From assembly GCF_009914755.1 (NCBI RefSeq), contig NC_060928.1: a stretch of 64,000 nt of DNA. One strand, written 5' to 3'. The notes beneath the pieces are model-generated. The model was not told the DNA's origin. It saw only the letters and a program-made list of their open reading frames with translations, and made no database searches. The position numbers and the translations under genes were made by a program. The stretch is from the human T2T-CHM13v2.0 reference genome, Homo sapiens. Positions 26,506 to 38,885 of the stretch are shown here, piece by piece. Position 1 is the stretch's first letter. Each line of letters opens with the position of its first letter.

Positions 26506-26864
26506 TGCTATGGACTCACTGTTTATGTCCCTCCAAAATTTATATATGCATTCACGAATCCCCACTGCAGTGGAATTTGGAGATAGACCCATGGAAGTTA
26601 TTCAGGTCACAAAAGTAGAAACTTCATGGTGGGATTAGTGCCCTTATATGAAGAGGTATTAGAGGACTTGCTTCCTCTCTGTCTCTCTGCTATGTGAGGA
26701 CACAGCAAGAAGGCAGACCAGGAGAGGGTCCGCGCTAGGAATTGAATTGGCCAGCACCTCGATCTTGGGCTTCTCAGTCTCCAGAACTGTGAAGAAATAT
26801 TTCAGTTGTTTAAATCACCCAGTCTATGGTAGTTTTATTATAGCAGCCTGAAATGACTAAGATA
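26506..26864 (+). mobile_element. MLT1A-like solo LTR
   Basis: tgctatggact...gtccctccaaaatt start; ctccagaactgtga; atagcagcctgaaatgactaagata end. Confidence 0.85.
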
Positions 26865-27662
26865 ACGTTCTTACTCCTAGCTGACCAAGAATATACTTCA
26901 GACCCGAAGGATGAAATAAGCAGTAATTTATAGTTCTTGGTAGGTGTCTTTCAATTGGTGCAGCATGTCTTAGATGGCTATTCACAAATTCTTCTTCCCT
27001 GGGTCTCCCTGCCTTTTACTGTTTCTAATCATCTTCATACAGTGTCTCAGTTTGATTACTCTACTGTTCCCTGTTTTCCAGTGTATGCTGCTTCCATGCT
27101 TTACCTCGTTCATGTATTAGCATTCTGTTTTGCATTCTCACATTATTCAATCTGGGCAAGTCACAAGACAAGCAATCTATTCACTTGATAATGCTAATTG
27201 CTTCCCAGCTAAATTATTCCTCCTCTGCCATCATTTTGAACTAGATTTTTAAAAACTTTTACCTAGTTGAAGTATCATTGACAATGATAAGAATACTTGA
27301 CTTTTTGAAACCTGTCCATGAAACACTTCCCATGGCAACCAAGCCTCATAATTTCTCCCTTGTCAGAATGGACCTAAGAATTGGGTTCCAAACTCTGAAA
27401 TTTTACCCTTGATCTGCTGATTCTGTAGACTTTTCTGACTTGTGTTAGTGTATGCCTATTATAACGAAAGAGGTGCTCAGCTACTATTAATTGTGCTAGC
27501 TAGATTTTGACTCTTGGTTATTATAGAACAAAATGTTACATACTTTATTAAAAAACAAGTTTCCTCTAACCAGCTGTCCCCATTAGGCAGTGTTATGTTC
27601 TCTGAATAGATCTCGTGAAAGAGCTTTGCTATTTCTCTGTATCCACACTCTATGCCCAAATC

Positions 27663-27950
27663 TGCATTGGTTTCTAGAGGCTGTTACAACAAATTCCCAA
27701 AAACTGAGTGGCTTAAAAACAGCAGAAAGATTTTGTCTCACAGTTATGGAGGCAAAAATCTGAAATCAATATCAATGGGCTGAAATTAAGGTGTTGGCTG
27801 GGGTGTACTTTCTCTGGAGTCTCCAGGTGAGAATCTGTTCTTGCCTTTTTAAACTCCTCCTGTCATTACTTGGTCTGTGGCTGCCGCAGTCCAATTCCTA
27901 ACTCTATCTTCACAAACACCTCCTCTTCTGTTGTGTATATTTATATTTAT
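27663..27950 (-). mobile_element. MLT1C/D-like LTR fragment
   Basis: tgcattggtttct...aacaaattccc...gtggcttaaaaacagcagaaa...tctcacagttatggaggc. Confidence 0.75.
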
Positions 27951-28116
27951 AGTGTAGAACGCTACATTCTCCTACATAACACTTAATGGAATAGGCATAA
28001 TTTCTTTCTATAGAGTAAGATTTTTCTCTGCTTACAGAGCACATTTGCATAAGTTGTTTCTGTACTTCTTCTTTTATCAGTATATCCAAAATAACCTCTG
28101 GGGTTGGAACACTTGA

Positions 28117-28525
28117 ATTTTTATTTTTTATTATTATGAATACATAATAGTTGGACATATTTACAGGGTAGATGTGATATTTTGATACAGGCTACAGTGT
28201 ATAATGTTTAAATCAGGGTAACTGGGATATCCCTCTCCTCAAGAATTTATCATTTCTTTGTGTTGGGAATATTCCAATTCTATTATTTTAGTTATTTTTA
28301 AGTACACAATAAATTGTTGTTAACAAAAGTCACCCTATTGTGCAATCGATCACTAGATTTTATGCACTCTAATGGTAAATTTTATCCCCATTAACTAGTC
28401 TCTCTTTATTTTCTCCTCCCTACTTCTGTTCCCATCCTCTGGTAATTATCACTCTACTCTATCTCAAAGAGTTTAATTTTTTTCCAGCTCCTGTATATGA
28501 TGGTAACATAGAATGCTTGTTTTTC
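28117..28525 (-). mobile_element. L1MA 3' end
   Basis: T-rich tail then atacataatagttggacatattt...gtgatattttgatac...gtcaccctattgtgc. Confidence 0.8.
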
Positions 28526-29953
28526 TTCATTGGATAGCCAGTTTAGGGTTTCTGTAATTGCAAGTTGCTTGAATTCAACCACAACTGTTAACACTAGGCT
28601 GTTGTCTGTCCTACTCATTTTGAAGTCAGTGTTCTATTACCTGCAACCGGTATTTTCCCTTCTTTTACTAAATACGGTGTCATGAGAGCTAGGCTTCTAG
28701 GATATAACATTTTTATTTCTTTTGTTTAACCAAGATCTATATTTTGTACACAAATTATGGCCTAATAACACAGTAACTGTGCTGTCTTATAGCCTGTCTC
28801 TCATGGTTTATAGAATTATTAGTTTTCATCCATCAAAGTGTTTTCCATATATTTATAAATTTTTGTTTATACTAGTTTACTTCAATTCCAAATCTGTGAC
28901 CTTCAGATTTTAAAGAAATAATAGAATTATAGAGTTAGATTGGCAAATGCCATGACTCTTTCTACAGTAAGCTTCCTTTTGTATTACTTCATGAGGATTT
29001 GGTAAACATAAAGCCTTTCAAAGATATTGATAACATTCCATTTCTTCAGCTAGATGGTGAGTATATTATTATTTATTTTATTTGTATTATTTCCCTGTCC
29101 ATATGCAGTGTGTATCTTATTATGTATGTATTATGCCATTCACAATGTAAGTAAAATAAAATTAATGCACATTTTCCAAAGGTACATTAACTAGCCTTAT
29201 TGCCATGAGGAAATGCCCAACAATCTGGATCCGCCCAACACCATCACTGTTATTAGACATTCCTGAGGATGCAGTGCGCTGTGGGGATTCTCAACACTGT
29301 CAGCCCTGACAGCTGAGACACTTTTTAACAGTAGTTCCTGTCAGATTTTTCTCCATGGCTTTTTCATCTTTTCCTATGCTGATTCTTTGTTTAAATTTTT
29401 TTTATGCCTCTTCTCTCATTTCTTTAAAGAAAAATAAAAGACAAAAAACAAAACTCATCACCACAAGATAGAGGAAAAGTATAATCAGTCATTATTTAAA
29501 AAGGGTAAAAAGTGTTCATGTACACCTGAAGTAGAAAAGGAAAAGCTTCTGTGGGTTTTTTATCCATATAATAATGTCTCAATAATCCAGATTGCTATTT
29601 ATTTTAGTGTTCTGATAATTATGGGTAGAAAAATTACTGCTAAACTCTAAATGCTCATGTTGGCTATGTTTATTTTTTAAATGTGTTAATCTTCCTAAAA
29701 AAGGATTAAAGGCTTCAGAAATTATATAAAAATTATGAACTGTTGAATTTTGTTTAAAATCTATGAGAGTTTTAAAAATATATATCTCTCGTGGTGTGTG
29801 TATAATCTGTTTAGAATTTTAGTCGTGATAACATTTTGAGATTAAAAGACACAGAGAGTGAACGCTGTTCAAGGAATAATGCTACTATTTGCAAAGAGAA
29901 AAGAACTCTTTTTAGAAGAATACATCAATGGCATAAATGAGAAAAATTTGTCA

Positions 29954-30356
<403 letters not shown>

Positions 30357-30574
30357 TTAATTCTTGCTTTGCTTTTGGCTTCTTGTTATATCTTCCACTC
30401 TTATTTGTAGATGTTTATTTGCCTTCTTGATGCTCTAAAATAATTGTTTTGAAAGAAAAAGCATCTTTTTAGAGTAATTTATATGTATATTTTTTTCAGA
30501 TATATAAGATTGAGATTTAGATTGGGTAAGAAAAAAATCTCATGAGATTCTTGTCTGAGAGATCAATTACATAA

Positions 30575-30760
30575 TTTAGGGATTATGGGGTCAGAATCAG
30601 CCTTCCTGAGTTAGATCCTAGCTCTTACATTCTACTTATTTGGGGTATGGATTTGGAAAATATGAAAATTTTCAGTACATCAGTTTCTTCATAATTAAAA
30701 AGTGACAGTAAAAGTAATATCCTCTAATTGAACAGTTGTCAAGAATCAGTGAACTAATAT
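30575..30760 (+). mobile_element. MIR relic
   Basis: ggggtcaga...gagttagatcctagctct...catcagtttcttcat. Confidence 0.6.
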
Positions 30761-31269
30761 ACTTTCTTTATTACTTTTATAGAGATTACTCATGAATAAA
30801 TAATAGTTATTTGACTAACGATTATAGTTAACACAGAATTGAATAGAAATTCACTAAAATGTCATCTTTAATTTTTATTACTTCAAAACAATATAATAAG
30901 TAATTTTTATTAGTATACCAAATTCCTTCTGAACAGGGGTGACATTGCCCACATGAGACCAAAAAAATGCTTTTCGAAGTGTGAAAAATATTGCTCTTTT
31001 TGTATATAAAGTACAGATACATAAACAGTACATAAAGAAATATACATTACATCTGTGGTGTTAAAATTTTATGAGAGTACATGAAGAAAACACTTTCTTA
31101 AAAGGCACCTTGGGGAAAGGGTTATAATGGCAAAAAGTTTAGAACCGCTGGTTTAACACAAGGTAAAGTAAAGAAATAATAATTTTTTGAAAATGTACTC
31201 ATAAAAGGAAAAATATTTAATTTTTAATTTTTTTAGCACAAACAGTACACTAGTTGAATAAACAACTGT

Positions 31270-31698
31270 TGTTAGTTAACAGTTCTCTATGACTCACATT
31301 TCTGCACACCTTATGAGCAGAGGCTAACTTTTTTTTCTGGAATATCTTCTCAAGGATGTCTATGTGTCAACAGTCTTAAAATATGGAGTGTCTCCCTTTG
31401 AAGCAATTGACCAACATACTTGCTGTGCAGAATAGTATCTTCAGGTTCTCTAGCAGCCTACTTGATGCATAGATGTCACCTGACAATTTTAGCTTACTCA
31501 GTGGATATTGGGGATTAGGACCCTAGTGCCATTTAATAAATTGCTGATTCTCTGGCTACTGCTATTGCTGTGAGTAATAATACTGTCTTTCCTCTGGCCC
31601 AGGAATCTCATGTCTTCCACTAGCATCCAAGCATCAGGGGTGGACTAACTTGGTAGCTTGAATATGGAGGAAAATTTCAAACTGTTTAATTCTTAACA
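31270..31698 (+). mobile_element. LTR40-like solo LTR (ERVL)
   Basis: tttctgcacaccttatgagcagaggc; gctgtgagtaataa; cccaggaatctcatgtcttcc...ttcttaaca end. Confidence 0.75.
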
Positions 31699-33574
31699 GA
31701 TATAAGACTTTAATTCAAGCATTTTTATTTCTAGTTGTTTACACTGTAAAAAATTAAGTACACTTTCTTTCTTACATGAACGTTAGATTTGAGCATGATG
31801 ATGTTTTTCACTATCTTGAGTGTTACAATAATTGATAATTTTGGTTGCTGCTTTATTGCATCACAGATCAATTTTTTCAATATTTAATTCATTCATATTC
31901 AAAAACAGCATTTGAACTAATATATAGATTCTATAAGGTTTATTTGTATCTTTATTATTACTAAAACTATTGTAAGCAATTGTTTCAGTGTTTGCTGTTG
32001 TACAAGACATTATCCAGATATAGTTTCATAACTTTTGAATTTTTTCAATAAAAGTATTGATTGTTTTCCCAACTCATTATCTTTTATCACACAAATGATT
32101 ATTCCAGTAAACTGAAATAAAGATTTGAGTAGTCTAATAATAATTGCTCTTATATGTTTTTTAAGTTGTTCAACATTAATGGAGATTGTTTCCCATCCCC
32201 TCCACCCTAGGGAGAATTATGCTCCAAGTTTACTGTCCCATCGACTTTCTCTAGCTGCCTAATTGGTAATCACCAAACTTAGATTTCTTATGTCAAGAAA
32301 AATAAATTTATTGCCATAGACTTTTCTGCTGCAATGATCCCACTTGTCTACACTTATGTCAAATTCTGTAATAGTTATTCCCATGACAGGGTTCATAGGG
32401 GATTTCCTATTAAGTTAAATTCAGAAGTCAAGTTTCCCCTAAGGATTACTGAATGCCAAGTTGACAAAGTAATAGAGAGTTTTTGTTTCTTTTTCTTTTT
32501 TTAGTTTTTTTTTTAGTCTTCTTTTAACTCTGTTTGCCTTTAAACTAATGATAGTTGTTAAATATTAGGATGTTTTATAAAAAATGTTCAGTAGAAGTAA
32601 TAATGAGTGAATATCATATTATCAGGAGTTCCTTTTTTTCTGTTTTGTTATTCTGATATAAAACACCACATATAAATTTTTTTTTCAAATAAGTATGTAG
32701 TTACCAACTGTAAATTAGGCATTGCACCTAAAAGTGTCTGTATACAAAATGTTCTGAGGGCATCAAGTTCAATGAGAGAACTGCATTCAATTTGCTCCAA
32801 CATAGGTTTCTCCTTCTCTTGGAAAAATGTAATTGCATTTTCCTGCTTCAATTTCTTGCTGTAATCTAGCCTTGTGTTTCTCTTTGCCTCCTTTACCATG
32901 TCTTCAAAACTAAATGAGATTTTTATGCTCCTTCCACGCCCTAGTCTCTTCCATTTCTGTCTCAAAACTTCCGCTTGGAAGTCTTTGAGTGAGGTAGGTG
33001 GAATATTTTAAACCATAACTTCTACTTTTCTAGAACACAGAAATGCACATACAGTGTGAAATAGAATGCTTTAAGAAAAAGCTAGTCCTGTGCTTAATTG
33101 TGTGTGTTTTAGTAAAATCACCACAGGGAATATCTTGAAGCAGATACTGAGTAATGATTACATACATAGAGTGGGGCATAACTCCTCCAAATTACTTCCT
33201 CTCATCTCAAAAGAAAAAAAAATACGGCAAAAGAAGTGAGCGAAACCTAGAGAAGAAAGTGAGATCTTTAATTGCTATCATTAAGTAGTGAGAGGGACCA
33301 AGACATGTTTTGTGTCTGTCTTTCTACATTGGAAGTCTAGGCTCATTGCCTAAAGAAAACAATGGGAAGCATTGTAGCTTTTACCTAATTTTATAGTGGC
33401 TGAGATTCAGAAATTTTTCAAAGAATGTTGAGTAGGTCACAGAAGGAATTCTCACTGGGAATTTATCACAAATGTCTTAGAGAATAAGAAAAGCAGACAG
33501 ATTTTCAGATTCAAAATTAGCATTTTTCAAACATGTTTTAAGATGATGTCAAGAATAAGAAAACAATTCCATAG

Positions 33575-36500
33575 GCTAGACCTTACGTTGGGGCTGATTT
33601 GGGAAATCTAAATGCAATGGGAGTATTTGGATCTCATGGTGGCAGGCACTGACACTTGTATCAGCACTCATCCTACAAAAGCATGATGGGTATGGTTACC
33701 ATAGAAACAGCAGAGTCACAGCAGCAGTCAGATTGGTGTGAGTCATGCAGCCCCATGCTGTTGGCTAGTTGATCATGGTGTTTGTAGAAGTGAAATAGAT
33801 AGGAAGCCTCTTAAATCCTTACTTGACCTGTGTAAACAGAAAAGTTCCATGTCATGAGAACAAAAGTCTAATCTGAATCATAAAAACAGTCATGGCCCCT
33901 CACTTGAGACAATTTACAGGCCCTGAACCTCTTGAATGAAGGGCAGCTCAGTCCCCTTAAGGAAAAATCCCAGTACATGGACAAAAATTGATATAGCACA
34001 TCTTTTTCCCAGTCTTTCACAAAGGGGTCTACAGCCTTTTTTTCCAGGATAACTGTGCTTTGGGGAAAATGAAATAGCCAGACCTTTCAGGGACTACTGA
34101 AACTGTACTGGCTCTGAAGTATACTCATTCCAGGAGACTGAAAACATTACCGTGGTCTACTAACCAGGGTAGGAGCATATGAAGGTCAGATGATGAAAAG
34201 AGTTTGGTTTGAGTAGTCCTTATTGTGGGATTTGTGGGACCCTGCATGTAATCTGTGGTTATTTCTACAGTTCCAGAATGTAAAATTGAAATAGATATAC
34301 TCAGTAGCTTGTAGAATCCCCATATTGTTTCCTGACCTATGGAGTGACGGCTATTATAATGGAAAAGACCAAGTGGTAGCCATCAGAACTGCCTTTTACC
34401 AGAAAAATAGCAAATCAAAAGCAATACCACATTTCTGGAGGAATTGCTAAGATTAGTGCCAACATCAAAGCCTTGAAAGGTGCAGGAATGGTGAGTGGCA
34501 TCGCATTATCATTTCACTCACCTATTTGAGAAGTGCAGAAAACAGATAGATATTAGTGAATGACTGTGAATTATCAAACATTTAACCAGACATGTCTCCT
34601 ATTGCAGCTGCCATATCAAATGTGTTTTCATTGCTTGAGCAAATTTACACATTTCCTGGTACTTGGTATGCAGCTATTGATGTGGAAAATGCTTTTACTC
34701 CATATCTGTATACAAGGTCCACCAGAATCAGTTTGTTTTCAGCTGAATAGGTAAGCAATGGACCTTCACTGCCTAGCTGAAGGTATATCAACTCTCTAGC
34801 CCTATGTTATAATTTATTTCACAGGGGTCTTGATCACCTTTCTCTTCCAAAAGATATCACGCTGGTTCATTACATTGATGGCATTACAATTGATTGGACC
34901 CAGCGAGTAAAAACTAGTAAGTACTCTGAGCGTATTGGTAAGATACTTTCATGTCAAAGGGTGGGGAATAAATCTGACAAAAATTTAGGGATCTGCTATC
35001 TTAGTGAAATACCTAGACATCCAGTAGTTTGGGAAATATAAAGATATCACTTCTAAGATGAAAAACAAGTTGATGCATCTTGTCCCGCCTGCAACCAAAA
35101 AAGAGGCACAAAGCCTAGTGGGCTTCTTTGTATTTTGAAGGCAACAAATTCCTTGTTTGGGTATGTTACTCTAACCTATTTATTGAGTGAGCCCCAAAGT
35201 TACTAGTTTTGAAGAGAGCTCACAAAAATGAAAGACTCTGCAACAGGTCCGAGCTATTGTAAAAGATTCTTCTGCCACTTGATTCTACAGATCCAATGAG
35301 GCTTAAAGTCTTGATATCAGATAGGAATGCAATTTGGAGCCTTTGGAAGACCCTTATATGTCTATTTCAGTGCAGGCCTTTAGCATTTTGGAACCTAGTG
35401 TTGTTATTCTCCAGATATCAACTTCAATATTTTATAACTAGCTCTTCGTCTGACTGGACCTTCATGGAAATTAAATGCTTAACTATTGGCCACAAAGTTT
35501 GTATGCAACCTGAACTGCCCATCATGAACTAACTCTTACCTAACTCACCAAGCCATTAAGTTGGGCATGCTCAGCAGCATTCCATCATCAAACAGAAGTG
35601 GTATGTATGTGTCCAGGCCTAAGGAAGCCCTGCAGGCATCAGTAAGTTACATGAAGGAGACGTCAAATGTCTGTAGCCTTCACTTCTCTTACACTGCCTT
35701 TTCTCTCCCAGCCTGCACCTACAACTTAAAATCAGTTGACAAGAGGAAGAAATTAACCCTGATTTAGAAATGGTTCTGCACAAAATGCAAGCATCATCCA
35801 AAAGTAAAGAGCTGCAGCACTACAGCCCCTTTCTAGGACATCCTTGGAGGATAGTGATGAAAGAAAATCCTCCCAGTGGACAGAACTTTGAACAGTGCAC
35901 CTAGATGTTTAATTTGTTTAGAAACAAAAATGGCCAGATGTATGATTGGACACCAGTTCATGGGCAGTGGCCAATAATTTGGCTGTGTGGTAAGGAATTT
36001 GGAAGAAAAACAATTGAAACATTGTTGATGAAAAAATTGGGAAAATGATATGTGGATAAGCCTCTGTGAACAGGTTAAAAACATGCAGATATTGGTACCA
36101 CATGTGAATATGCACCAAAGTATGACTTCAGCAGAGAAGGATTTTAATAAACAAAGCAGGTGATATGGCCTGTTTTGTGGGTAACAGTCAGCCTCTTTCC
36201 CCTGCCACTCGTGTCATTGCATAAGGGCCCATGAACCGATAGCCATAGTGGCAGGGATGGCGTTGATATATGCCCTTAGAAGCATGAATTTCTTCTCAAT
36301 AAGATTTACCTGCTTACAGCTACTGCTGAGTGCACAGTCTGCCAGCAGGAGACCAACACTGAATCCCAAATATGGCACTATTCCCATGGATGATCAAGCT
36401 GGCGACCTGGTGGCAGGTTGATTACATTAGACTACTTCCACCATGTAAGGGCCAGCATTATGTCTCTTCTGGAATAGAAACTCTGAATATAAATTTGCCT

Positions 36501-38358
36501 TCCCTGCACATAATGCTTATGCTAAAACTACCGTCTAAGGACTTACAGAATGTAATGCTTATGCCAAGGACTTCCCTGCATATAATTCTTATGCTAAAAT
36601 TACCATCCAAGGACTTATCCACTGTCATTGTATTCTGCACAGGATTGCTTCCGATCAAAGAACTCACTTCACAGCAACATCCACAAAAAAAAAAAAGTGT
36701 GACAAAGGGCCATGCTCACAGAATTTACTGGATTTACAATATTGTCTGCCACCTGAAGCAGCTGTTCTGGAAGAACAGTAGAATGGCCTTTAGAAAATTC
36801 AGTTACAGCACTAGCTAGGTGACAATAACTTCCAAGTACAGAGTGATATGAGAAGATTTCTTATGGGAATTGGCTCACAATTATGGAGATGAAGTATTCC
36901 CATAATATACTGTCTCTGAGCTGAAGAACTAGGAACACCGGTGGTGTAATTCAGTCTAAGTTCAAAGGTCTGAGAACAGGGAGCCAACTTCAAGTCTGAG
37001 GCTGAAGGCCTGAGAACTGGAAAGAGTAGGGGGAGTCCTAAGGCCCAAGGCCCAGGAGCTTTGGTGTTCTAGGCAGGAGAAATATATATCCCAGCTCAAA
37101 AGAGTGTGAGAGAATTTGTTCTTCTCCTATTTTTTGTTCTATTTGGTTCCTCAATGTATTGGATGATGCCTGCCAACGTTAGTAAGAGTTGATCATCTTC
37201 ACTCACTTTACCAATTCAAAGGCTAATCTCTTCCAGTTACACCTCACAGACACACACCCCACTAGTGTTTTCCCATTTTTCTGGGTATTTCTCAGACCAG
37301 TCAAGGTGACACATAAAATTGATTATCACAAGTTATATATGCTCTGATTCTGTGTCTAATCTATAATGTTCTTTTTCCCACAGCTAGGATTAACAGCACC
37401 AGGAATCAAGCATTAGACATGAGAATAGTATTACTAAAAATTACTTCACTGATCTTCCAGCCAAGTATCTGATTCTTGTTCCCATGAGTTTATGCTTCCT
37501 GGCCTAGAGAGGTCTCAGTTTTAGAGAAAGGAATGCTTTTACTAGGAGACATAGCATTGATTCTATTGAACTGGAAGTTAAGAGTGCTACCTGACCACTT
37601 TGGACTCTTTATGTCTGTCTCAACATGCAAAAGAGAGTTATTTTTCTAGCTGAGGTGATTCAGCCTGATAACTAAGTAGAAATTGAAATATTACTCCATT
37701 GTGGATGTAAGGAAGATTATGTCTGAAATTCAGGGCGCCTTTTAGTATTTCCATGCCCTGTGATTAAGGTCCATGGACAACTACAACAACCCAATACAGA
37801 AAGAAGTACTCTTGGCTCAGACTCTTCAGGAATGAAAGTTTGAGCAACCCTAAAAGTAAAATACACAAAATTAGCTGAGGTGCTTATAGAAAGCAAAGGG
37901 AATACAGAATAGGAAGTGGAAGAAGATAGTTATAAATACCAGTTACAACCACATGACCAGTTACAGGAAGGATGATTTTAGTTGTTATGAGTATTTTCTT
38001 CATATTTTATTATGCATTTGTATGTGTATATAAATATATAATTATTTATAAATATTTATGTACCATATATAGAAATATATTAAACAGATATCTTTGTGTT
38101 TTCTTTTCTCTCATTTCTTCAAGTAATATAAAACAAATTGATTCTATATTATTGTATTTATGTATTGTAATTTTCCAATGAAATATTTAAGTTATAGACT
38201 CAAATACTTTCTCTCTCAAAGGAATTAGTGTGTTTTCTGTTGTATTCAGGATAGTTGAATCATATTAATCAGATTATGACTTTGCCATTTTCTTTATTTG
38301 CAGAATAAGTATGGTTTAAGGAATTGCATATGGGTTCCAAGTTGATAAGGAATAGACC
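33575..38358 (+). mobile_element. Decayed ERV-L internal region (3' gag, pro, RT/RNaseH, integrase, dUTPase); 5' end absent
   Basis: Translated motifs WYAAID (~34664), LVHYIDGI (34862-34885, YIDD site), ATWWQVDYI (integrase, ~36400) and WKLRVLPDHFGL (dUTPase, ~37572); many stops and frameshifts; purine tract before the 3' LTR. Confidence 0.9.
36840..37330 (-). mobile_element. MLT2 LTR inserted antisense in the ERV-L integrase region
   Basis: attggctcacaattatggag...tcaaggtgacacataaaattgattatcaca is the reverse of an MLT2 LTR; ERV-L sequence continues on both sides. Confidence 0.85.
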
Positions 38359-38885
38359 TGTTATAGTTAATTTCATGTGTCAACTTGACTGGGCCACGAG
38401 GTGCCCAGTCACACTGTGAAAGTGTGTTTTTATGAGACTAACATTTAAATCAGTACACTCAGTAAAGCACATTAACTTCTTTAATGTGAGTAACACTTAA
38501 CCAATCGGTTGAAGTCTAGAGCAAAAAGCTGACTCCTCCATTAATGGGAAAAAAATTCCTCTCTGCCTGACAGTTTTTGAGCTGGGACATTGAACTCTGA
38601 CTTGGATTAGAATTTACAGTATTGGCTCTCCTTTTTCTCTGACTTGGATTCGAATTTATACCATCATTTTTCCTGGGGCTCCAATTTGCTGACTGTGTAT
38701 CTTGGAAGTTGTCAGACTCCATAACCACGTGAACTAATTTCTAAAATAAATATCTTTAGATATAGATATAGATATGTACAGATATCTGTCCAGATATTTA
38801 TTCTGGGTTATTGATCTATTGATTGATTATATCTACATATGTGTCTCCTATTAATTCTGTTATCTGTAGAACCCCGATTAATACA
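38359..38885 (+). mobile_element. MLT2 3' LTR of the ERV-L provirus
   Basis: tgttatagttaatttcatgtgtcaacttgactgggcc start, gaaccccgattaataca end, AATAAA followed by TA/GATA-rich tract. Confidence 0.88.

Noticed and set aside
30920-31152. Possible hAT/Charlie fragment ending aaagtttagaaccgctg
   Set aside because: Only one TIR-like end; the family cannot be supported by eye
36372-36818. 148-aa ORF with an integrase motif, as a possible domesticated gene
   Set aside because: Only the first ~35 aa are in the integrase frame; the rest is out of frame and lengthened by a duplication
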